From: Nostoc sp. DedSLP01
GTDB taxonomy: Bacteria; Cyanobacteriota; Cyanobacteriia; Cyanobacteriales; Nostocaceae
Assembly (NCBI GenBank): GCA_034530875.2
Contig: JAVRCJ020000014.1
Location: forward strand, 32,001 to 96,000
DNA: 64,000 nt
Reading direction: 5' to 3'
The translations under genes and the position numbers were made by a program. The notes beneath the pieces were generated by a model. That model was not told where the DNA came from, made no database searches, and saw only the letters and a program-made list of their open reading frames with translations. Shown here one piece after another: positions 1-10,204 of the stretch (position 1 is its first letter; every line of letters starts with the position of its first letter).

Positions 1-324
1 TGTAGCTTCAGTAGTTTCCCGCCCTTCTAATTCTATAATTACAGGTTCCGTCACGCTGATAGATTCTTCCATACCGTTAGCATATTGAGCAATCTGCTGA
101 CCCCGAATCCTCAAACCTAACTGCTCTACAATTAATATTGGTAAAACTGTACGTACAGCCCCAGTATCTACAAGTGCTTCTGTTTCACATACTCGCAGCA
201 TATTGGGGTTAAGCATTCCTCGACTCACAAGTGCTTCGTCTATGGCATTTGTCAGTTTAACTTTGATACGAACAGCACCCATAGAATTATTGCTAGTATT
301 ATTGCAACGATTGAGATTTACCAT
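1..324 (-). CDS. Clan AA (retropepsin-like) aspartyl protease, 3'-truncated by the window edge
   Basis: Manual translation MVNLNRCNNTSNNSMGAVRIKVKLTNAIDE...ALVDTGAVRTVLP contains the DTGA motif; GAGGAG RBS upstream; alternative start at the second Met (~282). Not in the ORF track. Confidence 0.8.
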   Translation of the reverse strand, partial: MVNLNRCNNTSNNSMGAVRIKVKLTNAIDEALVSRGMLNPNMLRVCETEALVDTGAVRTVLPILIVEQLGLRIRGQQIAQYANGMEESISVTEPVIIELEGRETTEAT

Positions 325-348
325 AATTTATATCTCCTCAAAAATTAT

Positions 349-768
349 CTATGGAGAATTTGTTAATTCTTGAATCAACTGTTGAGGTGTGAGAATTCGG
401 AGAGTAGTAACTGGGAAATCTGCAGGGTTGCGAGTAATGATAGCATCTAAATAATTGAGTACCGCAGTGCTGTATTGAATAGCGTCTTCAAAATCTGCGA
501 AGTTAGCGGTTAGTGCTAGGTTGATTGTGGCACTGTCTACAGTGGCGATACGGCAAAAGTTAACTAATTGCTTTAAATAAATAAGTGTCCACTCTCGACC
601 TCTTGCCCTGCGGATAATGTAATACAAATCGCTAAAAGTTGAGGCGGAAATATAACCTTCTATCTGTCCTTGCTCAACGAACACCAACACTTGTTCGCTT
701 GCATCTAAAAAAGGTTCGCGTTCTAGGGCATCGTCTACAATGATGTTGGTGTCTAACAAGATTTTCAC
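349..768 (-). CDS. PIN-domain (VapC-like) toxin
   Basis: MKILLDTNII start and DFEDAIQ..A...IITRNPADF PIN motifs; overlaps the upstream gene by 4 bp. Confidence 0.9.
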   Translation of the reverse strand: MKILLDTNIIVDDALEREPFLDASEQVLVFVEQGQIEGYISASTFSDLYYIIRRARGREWTLIYLKQLVNFCRIATVDSATINLALTANFADFEDAIQYSTAVLNYLDAIITRNPADFPVTTLRILTPQQLIQELTNSP

Positions 769-1049
769 AGATTATGTTTCTCCTTTAAAGCTTCCCATCG
801 AGCTTGGTCTGGGTCAAAGTCTGGTGGTGTGGGTGGGGCATTTTCAAATAAACCTTCAAATGCTTTTACTTTAGACTTTCTCTTCGGCTTCTCTGGCTGT
901 GACTGAGTTTGGGTTTCTGTAGAACTTTCCAAGGATGGAACTGGCTGCAAAATAATCACTTCCACTTTTCCAGGAGCAATATCTAGAGGTTCGTCAATAA
1001 TTAAATGGCCTGATTCATCAATTGTGGCGTTGAGCTTGTAGGCTTGCAT
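765..1049 (-). CDS. Putative antitoxin of the PIN toxin
   Basis: 94 aa, AGGAG RBS, coupled to the PIN gene, beta-rich N-terminus (ATIDESGHLII...GKVEVIIL). Confidence 0.7.
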   Translation of the reverse strand: MQAYKLNATIDESGHLIIDEPLDIAPGKVEVIILQPVPSLESSTETQTQSQPEKPKRKSKVKAFEGLFENAPPTPPDFDPDQARWEALKEKHNL

Positions 1050-1147
1050 ACTTCTGCTCCTTTTTGTTTCTAGGATAGAACACTGCTGTAAATGTTGCGT
1101 AGTTTTAGCCCGTCGTAGACATTCGCACTTGTAAATAACCGCCTTGT

Positions 1148-1294
1148 CGTGACCAAAATAACGATGTTGGTCATGAAAGCGATCGCTTTGGTCATAAAAA
1201 CGATCGCTTTGGTCATAAAAACGATCGCTTTGGTTATGAAAACAATTGCTTTGGTCATGAAAACGATTGCTTTGGTCATGAAAACGATCGCTTT
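1148..1294. repeat. 21-bp tandem array, consensus GGTCATGAAAACGATCGCTTT, 6 units plus 1 degenerate
   Basis: Units at 1169, 1190, 1211, 1232, 1253 and 1274, read directly. Confidence 0.95.
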
Positions 1295-1495
1295 TGTGGT
1301 CAACGCTTATGCGATCGCTAACAACACTTAAACAAAACTTATGAATTAATAAAACCCGCTAGGTAAAAATCTTCATTAGCGTCAACTTAACCTGCAACCC
1401 TTTTTAAATCTTCCAGATAGGCAGAAAATTGACTAAAATACCAATCATATTTCCTAAAATTAAGATAATAAACCAAAAATCAACCCAAATAGAAA

Positions 1496-1738
1496 ATGTT
1501 AACAAACTATATTCAAGCAGCTTTACACCAGGCTACTTATGAACTTTTAGACGATGGCACTTTTTATGCAGAAATACCTGGGCTACAAGGATTATACGCT
1601 AATGCTCCGACACTTGAAGCCTGCCGAGAAGAGTTAAAAGATTCTTTGGAAGAGTGGATTGTATTAGGGTTACAGCTAGGGCATAGTTTACCTGTACTAG
1701 ATGAAATTTCCCTTTCTTTTAATAAGGATGTGGCTTAA
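1496..1738 (+). CDS. hicB: HicB-family antitoxin (short form)
   Basis: YELLDDGTFYAEIPGLQGLYANAPTLEACREEL is HicB-like; coupled to hicA. Confidence 0.85.
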   Translation: MLTNYIQAALHQATYELLDDGTFYAEIPGLQGLYANAPTLEACREELKDSLEEWIVLGLQLGHSLPVLDEISLSFNKDVA

Positions 1739-1956
1739 TGCCTGCTTTTGGAGCAATTAACCGACGGGACTTGATTTATTACCTAAAACAACTTGGTTTT
1801 GAAGGGCCATATTCAGGTAAAAAACATCAATTTATGATTAAGGATGAACTCAAATTAATCATTCCTAATCAGCACGAAGGAGACATCAGCAAAGGTTTAG
1901 TCGCAAAAATATTAAAACAGGCACAAATCAGTAAAGATGAATGGGAAGCACTCTAA
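1738..1956 (+). CDS. hicA: HicA-family mRNA interferase toxin
   Basis: LKQLGF..SGKKHQFM...IPNQH..DISKGL..KILKQA. Confidence 0.85.
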   Translation: MPAFGAINRRDLIYYLKQLGFEGPYSGKKHQFMIKDELKLIIPNQHEGDISKGLVAKILKQAQISKDEWEAL

Positions 1957-2023
1957 AAAATATTGTGCTTGTTACCATCTGGGTCGATTTTATCCTTGAG
2001 TTTGTCAACTTGCATGGTGTTTC

Positions 2024-5000
2024 CTATGATGTTTCTAGGCTATCCCGCGCTGCCCAAATTACCTCACGTACCTCTCCCGCGCACTCTTCACCCGTCGCCT
2101 CGCGCCAAATGGCTTGAAATTGGCTTTCTTCGAGAGTTTTAAGGATTTCTCCTAACTTGTCAATAGGATTTCTAGGGTGAGCAAGATCTTTTATATCTAC
2201 AACAACTAACTTGCTAGCTTTCAGAAAGTAAACAATAGCCTCTTTAAAATGCTGTTGCTCTTGCAGCACTGTACCTAGCTGGTAATAAATTCTACTAGCT
2301 TTAGTCAAATTTTCAAGGTCATGAGTATTTTCGTAAATTAGAAGAGCTTCTTGGTAACAGTGTTGTGCTTCTTCAAGTTTTTTTTGTTCATGCTCTAAAA
2401 GACCTAGTTCGTGATAAGTATCAGCAACAAAATTCAAATCTCCAGAATTCTTATAAATTGAAAGACATTTTTGGTAATAGTATTGTGCTTCTTCAAATTT
2501 ATTTTGTTTATGTGTCAGACGACCCAGTTGTAAATACTGACTACAAGTCTTATATAAATCTCCCATTTTTTTGTAAATCTCTAAAGCTTTTTGATGGTAT
2601 AAAATTGCTTCTTCAACTAGCCGTTGCCTATACGGGAAAAGATTTATAGTAACCAATAGATAATTGATTATGCCTAAACTATGATATTCATCAGCAGCCT
2701 TATACAGATCTCCAGCATCTTCATAAATCTTTAAAGCTTTTCTGTGAAAAGTAATTGCTTCGTCAAATTGCCATTCCTCCATTGAAAGTGAGCCTAAGTG
2801 ATGATACACAACAGCAGTTTTATAAATATCTCCTGCAATTTCCCAAGTTTTTAGAGCTTTGTGGTGATAGTCTCGTGCATCATCAAAAAAACCTCGCTTC
2901 TCTGCAACTATTCCTAATTGGTGATATTCACCAGCAGTGTTATATGAATCCCCGAATCTCTTATAAATTTTTAGAGCTTTTTGGTAATAAGGGATAGCAT
3001 CTTCAAACCTCTGTTGTACAATTTTTAAGTTACCTATTTGATGATATACGTAAGCAGTTTTGTAAACATCTCCTTCTTCTTCCCAAATAGTTAATGCTTT
3101 TTGGTAAAAAGCCATCGCCTTATCAAACTGGTGTTGATTTTCAGCAACATAGCCTAGGTTATAATGAATATTAGCAACAACATTAATATCTTGATTCATT
3201 GCTTGGTCAGGCAAAGCAGCAAGAATTTCTTCCAAGATTGTCCCTGCTTTATTCCAATTGGAATTTTCAGTTTCTTCAAGAACATCATCTGTTCGTAAGA
3301 GCATCCATAGTTTAAAAGCATCTTCACCCTTTGCTTTTACTTCCGTAGATTCAATACAAATTTCTTTCAGTACTCTTTTTCGCAATGAATAATATTCTAA
3401 TTTACGCCCCAATCGGATGTACATTTCTCCCAAAGGATATAGAACAGAACTCACACTATCCCAGTTTTGTTGCTGTTGTGCTAGTCGCAAGTTTTGTAAA
3501 AGATTTGGTTCTTCAACCTTTAGCATCAAAATTGCTAGTTCAGCGTTGCTGATCAGTTGGTCGCTACAGATACTTGCAAAATTTGCATAGAAAAATAGCA
3601 ATTTTTTTTCTAGCTCCTCAATAACCTGATTTGAGTGTTTATCTGCAAGCCTGTGACGTAAATACCAAGGTAGAGTAGGATGAATCTTACAGATGGTTTC
3701 ATTTAAAAATTCTAGTAGCCCTGCTGTTGCTGCTTCCTTAAAAATTATCAGCCAATCAGAACCTTCTAAGTTTTCACCAAATACTAGCTCATATACTTTT
3801 CTAAATTCCCCATTTTTAGGATTACCAGAAAAATTATGTAGTATTTCAGCATTAACGCGTTCAGAAAAGAAACTTAAAAACGGTAAATGTCGCCGCGCCT
3901 TCTCCGATAACTTAGAAAAAGAATAATCCAACGACACCGTTAACGACTTATCCCTACCTTCCTCCTCTGCACCTTTAAAAGTATCCAACCCCAGCCGTAA
4001 GGCTTCAATTAATTGAGTTGGTGTCTGTGTCTTTAAATGCGGTAACACCACCCGCAACGACAGGGGATGTCCACCCAACAATTTCAGCAATTCCAAATAC
4101 TCTGCTGGCAGGTTCTTTCTCTCCACACCCACCGTTTGCAAAATCTTCGCGGCTAACTCTTGGGCATCCGCTTGAGACAACCCTCGCAAATTGATTAAAC
4201 TATACCCACAATCCAACCAAGCTTCTTCGCGGCGACTGGTAATTAATACCCAAGATTTACCACCCCGCAATTCCTTCAGAAACCGCTTGAGCTTATTTCT
4301 TTCTTCGCCACTTAATAAAGGTTCATTCCCCGTAGGAAAACCATTGACAGGTTCAAAGTTATCCCAAATCAACAAACAAGGATGAGTTTGCAGATATTCC
4401 CGCACCACAGCATCTTGCTGTTCTGGCATCATTTGGGAAAATCTCTCACCTCCCAACGCCCTACCAATTTGGTTAATTATCTGACTCAACCCCGCACCTT
4501 GTTCAAAGGAGGTGAAAAAAATATGTTCGCGTCCTTGGGTATCATGCAACCACCGGGCGAAACCTGCGACTAACTCAGTTTTACCGACACCACCCATTCC
4601 CTGCACCAGCACCACATGATTTTGCCGAAATGCTCTCTCTAAACGCAAAATCTCATAATCCCGCCCAATAAAACCATAAGCACTTTCATCAGGTAAACTT
4701 ACAGCTTTGCTGCTTTCTGGGGTATTGTCTGTTTGCACCATCAAATCGGCAAAACTGGGTGCTGTCTTTTTAGGAACAAAAGGCGTGTAAGGTTCTTGCT
4801 GATACAACACCGGCACTAACCAATCTTGTAATGGTAAATTTCCTTTGGGACTGGGGCGCATTTTTTCAATAGACATGGACTTCCGCCCTGCTGCAACTGC
4901 TGTGGCGATACACTCTCCCCTGACTAATTCCCCATACAACCGCCCAATAAAGTGTTCTGCACCTTTGGCGTAAACTGAATACGCCATCGCTACTACACCC

Positions 5001-5884
5001 TTTGCCCCCAACTTTACCAACTGTCCCGCCACAGAAGAAAAAGCTTCTTCGCCTACTTGTCCAGACTTACAAGCATTCAGCACAAAAATCGGCACGCGAC
5101 AATCTGTTAAATATTGGGCAATTTCTCTGGCGCTGACAGCTTGCTCGTTTCCCTGTTCGTCCTCAAAGATTAAAATTCCTTGAGTATCGCTGTCAAAATT
5201 TCCATGTCCATCAAAATGGACGATATGATAAAAACCCTTATTCGCTTGCAATTCCGCTTCAAACGCTTTCAAGCTAGGGGGACGCAATACCTTAAGATTG
5301 ACTCGCTGACGTATTGGTTGCAGCGCCGCCAGCAAGGGACGGGCAATGGTTTTAAAATTTACGTCTTGCTCGTCGTAAGGGCGGGCAATGACTAATAAAA
5401 TATTCAGTTGGTCATCGGGCATTAGTGGCAATGGTGCTTTTACGCCCTGAGTGCTGAGATTGCGATACATTCCCGCCAGTGAAGGTGCAAGAAATTGATA
5501 GTCCGGGGAATACAGCAATTCCCAAGGTAAATTCAGCACGTTGGCGTTATCGGCAATGATGCCCAGTTCGCATTTATCGAGTCCGTCTCGTGTGGCTTCT
5601 TGAAAAAACTCTCTGGCTTTGTCTGTGCTGCGAAATACTAGCTCAAATAGCTGTTGTCCCCAATGCTGTAATTTTTGTTCGATTTTTGCAGCGTTATCTG
5701 GAAAAATTCCGTAGGGAAAGTTTAAATAATCTTCTAAATACCAGCGCAGTTCAGCGGCGTTTTCTTTGTCAAAGGGTTGTTGGAAGGGGACTGGTGGGGC
5801 TTGGCGAGGATTTTCGTGTCCGCGTTGCCAGGAAAGTTGGATTGTTTCGCTTTGATGTGTGATTCGCAACCAATTTGTTGCCAT
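2024..5884 (-). CDS. CHAT (caspase-like) protease - STAND/NB-ARC ATPase - TPR repeat protein
   Basis: LPWELL, VHFDGHG and LNACKSG (His/Cys dyad); FIGR, Walker A GMGGVGKT, LLIWDNFE, GGHPLSL; ~40-aa TPR repeats at the C-terminus. Confidence 0.9.
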   Translation of the reverse strand: MATNWLRITHQSETIQLSWQRGHENPRQAPPVPFQQPFDKENAAELRWYLEDYLNFPYGIFPDNAAKIEQKLQHWGQQLFELVFRSTDKAREFFQEATRDGLDKCELGIIADNANVLNLPWELLYSPDYQFLAPSLAGMYRNLSTQGVKAPLPLMPDDQLNILLVIARPYDEQDVNFKTIARPLLAALQPIRQRVNLKVLRPPSLKAFEAELQANKGFYHIVHFDGHGNFDSDTQGILIFEDEQGNEQAVSAREIAQYLTDCRVPIFVLNACKSGQVGEEAFSSVAGQLVKLGAKGVVAMAYSVYAKGAEHFIGRLYGELVRGECIATAVAAGRKSMSIEKMRPSPKGNLPLQDWLVPVLYQQEPYTPFVPKKTAPSFADLMVQTDNTPESSKAVSLPDESAYGFIGRDYEILRLERAFRQNHVVLVQGMGGVGKTELVAGFARWLHDTQGREHIFFTSFEQGAGLSQIINQIGRALGGERFSQMMPEQQDAVVREYLQTHPCLLIWDNFEPVNGFPTGNEPLLSGEERNKLKRFLKELRGGKSWVLITSRREEAWLDCGYSLINLRGLSQADAQELAAKILQTVGVERKNLPAEYLELLKLLGGHPLSLRVVLPHLKTQTPTQLIEALRLGLDTFKGAEEEGRDKSLTVSLDYSFSKLSEKARRHLPFLSFFSERVNAEILHNFSGNPKNGEFRKVYELVFGENLEGSDWLIIFKEAATAGLLEFLNETICKIHPTLPWYLRHRLADKHSNQVIEELEKKLLFFYANFASICSDQLISNAELAILMLKVEEPNLLQNLRLAQQQQNWDSVSSVLYPLGEMYIRLGRKLEYYSLRKRVLKEICIESTEVKAKGEDAFKLWMLLRTDDVLEETENSNWNKAGTILEEILAALPDQAMNQDINVVANIHYNLGYVAENQHQFDKAMAFYQKALTIWEEEGDVYKTAYVYHQIGNLKIVQQRFEDAIPYYQKALKIYKRFGDSYNTAGEYHQLGIVAEKRGFFDDARDYHHKALKTWEIAGDIYKTAVVYHHLGSLSMEEWQFDEAITFHRKALKIYEDAGDLYKAADEYHSLGIINYLLVTINLFPYRQRLVEEAILYHQKALEIYKKMGDLYKTCSQYLQLGRLTHKQNKFEEAQYYYQKCLSIYKNSGDLNFVADTYHELGLLEHEQKKLEEAQHCYQEALLIYENTHDLENLTKASRIYYQLGTVLQEQQHFKEAIVYFLKASKLVVVDIKDLAHPRNPIDKLGEILKTLEESQFQAIWREATGEECAGEVREVIWAARDSLETS

Positions 5885-6038
5885 TGCTGCTGTGCTGGTT
5901 ACTGGGTTATTTGATGTTAGCTTAAGTTGGGGAATTCACGCAGAGGCGCAGAGGCGCGGAGAGGGAGATTGAGTTTTTGGAGTTTTAATTCAGTATAGAT
6001 ACAGGGATAATGTAGTTAAATTATCGCCGAATTATTTT

Positions 6039-7166
6039 ATGCTGCCAGTTATTGAGACTATTCCTTTACGTCAAATGGCTTCGGGCGATCGCCTTTTTCT
6101 CCAAGTTTACAAATTCATCGGCGCTCAACCTGGTAAAAAAGTTTATATTCAATCTAATTTGCACGGTGCAGAAATAGCTGGTAATGCCGTTATTCACCAG
6201 ATAATCGAGTTTTTATTAACAATAAATGATACAAATTTAACTGGAGAAATTTGGCTCGTTCCTGTTTGTAATCCAATAGGAACAAACGAACGCGCTCACC
6301 AATTTTCTCCTGGGCGTTACTGCATTTACGAAGCTAAAGACTGGAATCGCATATTTTGGGATTATGAAAAAGAAGCTGATGATTTAGTAGCTTTTACTAA
6401 ATCTCAACTTCATAATGATCTAGAGGTCGTTCGACAAAATTATCTAACTATAATTCAGCAACAATTCGCAAAAATTTTAGAAAAAATTAATTCTTTTAGT
6501 GGTGTACCCTACACTGAGCTTTTTAGCTACAAACTACAGAAGCTCAGTTTAGATGCAGATTATTTAATTGACTTGCATAGCTCTACTAATCAGGCTTTGG
6601 ACTACGTTTATTACTTCCGAAATCGAGAAGAAAGTGCAAAATACTTCCTCCTTGATTTGGGAATTTTACTCGATAAATATGATGGCGATGCTTTTGATGA
6701 AGCTTTTATCAAACCTTGGTTAGCGCTAGAAGCTTGTTTTCAAGAGTTGGGTAGAGAAATTAAATTTGATATCGAAGCTTGGACGCTAGAATTAGGAGCA
6801 GGAATGCAAATGAATCCTGATTCAGTTGCTAAAGGTGTAAGAGGCGTGAAAAATTATTTAGCACAAAAAGGTGTACTGCAAATTCTCGATTCTTCATCTG
6901 AAACAAAAAGCCATAACATGAATTTTGTATGCAGCCGCAACAGGAAAAAATATTATGCGATCGCTGGCGGCATGATTCAAGAAAGAATCGCATTAAATAG
7001 TTACGTAAAAACTGGAGAAAAGTTGTATCAAATTCTCAGTTTTAATAAAGAAAGTAAGTTACCTACTCTTATTAATGTCTGCGCTCAAGAAGATGGATTA
7101 GTTTATGATGTCGCAACTAATCAAGCTGTTAATGAAGGCGAATTTGTATTAGGAGTTATTAGTTAG
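6039..7166 (+). CDS. Succinylglutamate desuccinylase/aspartoacylase (M14) family protein
   Basis: HGAE, DWNRIF, IDLHS and TLELG motifs. Confidence 0.85.
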   Translation: MLPVIETIPLRQMASGDRLFLQVYKFIGAQPGKKVYIQSNLHGAEIAGNAVIHQIIEFLLTINDTNLTGEIWLVPVCNPIGTNERAHQFSPGRYCIYEAKDWNRIFWDYEKEADDLVAFTKSQLHNDLEVVRQNYLTIIQQQFAKILEKINSFSGVPYTELFSYKLQKLSLDADYLIDLHSSTNQALDYVYYFRNREESAKYFLLDLGILLDKYDGDAFDEAFIKPWLALEACFQELGREIKFDIEAWTLELGAGMQMNPDSVAKGVRGVKNYLAQKGVLQILDSSSETKSHNMNFVCSRNRKKYYAIAGGMIQERIALNSYVKTGEKLYQILSFNKESKLPTLINVCAQEDGLVYDVATNQAVNEGEFVLGVIS

Positions 7167-7257
7167 AATAACGGTTATTATGATTTAAAACAACAGACGC
7201 GATAAATGGCTTTGTAGAGACGGCGATTTATCGCGTCTTTGTTATTTCGTATACCGA

Positions 7258-8142
7258 TTAAAAATACTTAGACAATAACCAGATAACTATACCAGTTCCC
7301 AATAGACAAATAATTCCTGCAAACCCAGCTAGAGGTTTTTTATTCTTACCTGTGAACCAGTCAGAGACTTTACCTGTGTAAGTAATCAGTTGTGCTGTAT
7401 CTATAGTAGCGATCGCCCATACCCATCCGGCGTGCAATCCCCAAGCTAAACCTAAATTACCGCGATCGACAAACCGCGCCAACACCAGCACCATTCCCAT
7501 CAGCCACAATCCAGGAAGTTGAGGTACAGTTTCCCGCTGCTCCCAAACCAGGTGTAACGAGGCAAAAATCAAGCTAGAAACTATTGCCGCTAGCCAAACC
7601 GGATAATCCTGCAATAATTCAGTTACTAAAAAACCGCGAAAAACTAACTCTTCTATGGCACCAACTAATAAGGCGATCGCGAAAATTGGTAGTAAGATTG
7701 GTACTACTAACTTGAGATTCGAGTTTTCAAAAGAACACCAACCTAACCCAATTTCTCCACCAAATACAATAGCTAGGCTCAGCACTCCCAAGCCGAAACC
7801 TAGCACCAAAGAATTTAAAGTTGAAAGATTAACAGCAAAGCCGTAATCTAAAAAAGATCTATTTACCAACCAACTAACTCCCCAGATAACCAGGGGAGCT
7901 AACAGGTAAAGTGACACCAACAATGGCATCTTTTGCTCTGGCTGCAAAAATTTTGTAGGTTGCCAATTGAGCAATATTGCTAATATTGTTACCAGTGGTA
8001 ACCAACACCCTACCCAGCTAATTAGGAATGCCATTACTACAACTAGTGCAGGTGCATTTTCCATAAATGCTAGTAAGGCGTTGACTGATAGCTCAAAAAA
8101 ATTTGCCAACATAAACAAAAAAACACGATAGACTTCTTGCAC
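7258..8142 (-). CDS. CPBP/Abi (CAAX) intramembrane protease
   Basis: EELVFRG, FASLH, HAGW; multiple TM segments; downstream of cyAbrB. Confidence 0.9.
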   Translation of the reverse strand: MQEVYRVFLFMLANFFELSVNALLAFMENAPALVVVMAFLISWVGCWLPLVTILAILLNWQPTKFLQPEQKMPLLVSLYLLAPLVIWGVSWLVNRSFLDYGFAVNLSTLNSLVLGFGLGVLSLAIVFGGEIGLGWCSFENSNLKLVVPILLPIFAIALLVGAIEELVFRGFLVTELLQDYPVWLAAIVSSLIFASLHLVWEQRETVPQLPGLWLMGMVLVLARFVDRGNLGLAWGLHAGWVWAIATIDTAQLITYTGKVSDWFTGKNKKPLAGFAGIICLLGTGIVIWLLSKYF

Positions 8143-8317
8143 AATAGATTTCCTACTGATTAATCAAGACTCTACCAAACTTAGTGACTCCAGCAAGGGG
8201 TCTAATCGTATTTTTTTACTCGACAAAATTTTTTTTAACAAGCCTACCAGTTTCTTGTCCGAGTAAGGATAAGTTATCAAGTATTCACCTGAAACTTATC
8301 CCTACCATTAGCTTTGT

Positions 8318-8761
8318 TTACTCTTCGTCGTCCAAATCTTCGTCCGATTCGTCGTCAATATCGTCTATATCTGGTGAGGTTAGTTTTTTATCACTTTCAC
8401 CAAGTTGAATCAGGTGAATATGCTTGTATCCCAACCTAATTTCAAACTCATCTCCAGGCTTTAAACCCATTGCTTTGGTATATGTAGCACCAATGACAAT
8501 TTGACCGTTTTGATGAACGCTAACGCGATACGTCGGTTCGCGGCCGCGACCATCTTTTGGTGCTTCAGGACTTAGAGGAATTCCTCTAGCGGATAGCAAT
8601 GCGTCATAAAAATCTGTGAGATTGACGCGAACTTGATTATTCTTAGTAACAGTGTAATAGCCACACTGCTTAGCTCTTTCTCTGCGTGGTAAAGTGGAAA
8701 GTTCTTTTACTTTAGCAAGTAACGCTTTTCCGGTTAATGGCGCGGTTGCTGTTTCACTCAT
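8318..8761 (-). CDS. calA: Cyanobacterial AbrB-like regulator (cyAbrB, CalA type)
   Basis: LTGKALLAKVK...CGY...GRGREPTYRVSVHQNGQIVIGATYT; acidic tail; start placed at MSETAT. Confidence 0.9.
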   Translation of the reverse strand: MSETATAPLTGKALLAKVKELSTLPRRERAKQCGYYTVTKNNQVRVNLTDFYDALLSARGIPLSPEAPKDGRGREPTYRVSVHQNGQIVIGATYTKAMGLKPGDEFEIRLGYKHIHLIQLGESDKKLTSPDIDDIDDESDEDLDDEE

Positions 8762-10204
8762 TATGCTCAATTTTTCCTTACTCTCTCCAAACTGATAAAC
8801 GATGTAGTTTCATGCCAGTATTGGGCTTTTTAGCATTTGCATAAAGCTACTTAGGACTCTAGTGTGATGGGTGAATTCCTGCTGAACGAAGCCAAAAGTA
8901 CTTCTATTATGGTTGTTCGCAACCTATTAGAGGTCATAGTTACCAAAGAGATTAATTTTGGTGATTTTACGGTAGTTTTAACCATTATTCGCCATTAGAA
9001 AGGAAACTATTTTCTCTTTTGGCGCTAGTGTAGCGGTGTAATTTTCAGCCACCTTTACAAATCGGTTAGGTTCTACTACAAATATGTCGTAGATCCAATA
9101 TATTGCAGGTTTTTCACTTTCAGTGCTTGCCTTTCTTGCCAATGAGCAAGTAGAGTTTTCTCCACTCATCCTCAAAAGCTGAAGACTGCATAGTATTTCA
9201 ATAGAGTCCTACGGGTATAGACCCATTTGTTCTGCCAGTAGAGACGTGAATTTTCTTGTCTCTACATTACGATTTAACAAAGCAGTAGTAGCCGCGATGA
9301 TACGGCTATTGATTCTGGTTTTGTCTTTTCGTAATTTTATATTAAATACTAGCATGGACTAATAATAGCAAAATAGTTGTTTAATTTTGAATTAAATTTG
9401 CGGGTAAATTTTTATTTAAATTACTGGACTTCAGCCAGAAAAACCAGTGACCTTTTTTGTAACCCTTGATTGCAAGCGTGAGTATTGCCATTTGGCTTTT
9501 ATAAAAATTTATCTATCTTAGACGAGCAGTTTTGGCGAATGAGTAAAATCGAAGATTTCCTTGATTCAAAGGAGCCAAAAAGCAAAAAGTCTCACATATC
9601 GAGGTTTCCTGGTGTCAGATCTTTTATTTGAAAGTGGTGAGGATTTTTTTTGGGATTATTACCCTCAAGTAAAAAGTGGTAAGAGGATTCTGTACTTCTG
9701 TCTATGGGAAGAATAAATCTCTTAACATATCCTTACCGCTTAATTGTCACCGATATCTGTTGCTCATGGGCTTTTACACTTCTATATAATCAAAACATTC
9801 CGCCTTAGCTACTGCTTGGTCAATTTTGAGAGCCGATTGCTGTGATACAAGTTGATATACATTTCATTTGGATATTATCGCTAGGTAGAAAATGAAGCTA
9901 AGTCACTTTTAAGGGAAATTGCCTTTGGTTGACAGTTCCAAACAGGTAAATTGCATTTCTAGCTGCGATGGCAATTTTACTGTTTTAGCTCAAAACTGGA
10001 CGCAAATCTGTTTTATAGCAGTGCTACAAGTAAAACTTTAATCGTTATCCTTAAGCTAGAATCAGTTACTCTTTTATTGTCAGCTTATTAACATCAGGCT
10101 TGGGATTCAAAGCAAAAAGAATATGACTGATTTTTGCCAACTACCGGCCTTAACTGATGATTTTCGAGGCTAGTGAAGTAATTTTAAAATTTTGGTTAGA
10201 AGCA

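Noticed and set aside
1049..1360. N-terminal QSDRFHD-repeat extension of the antitoxin
   Set aside because: The frame is open but has no ATG/GTG/TTG, and the ATG at 1049 has a good AGGAG RBS
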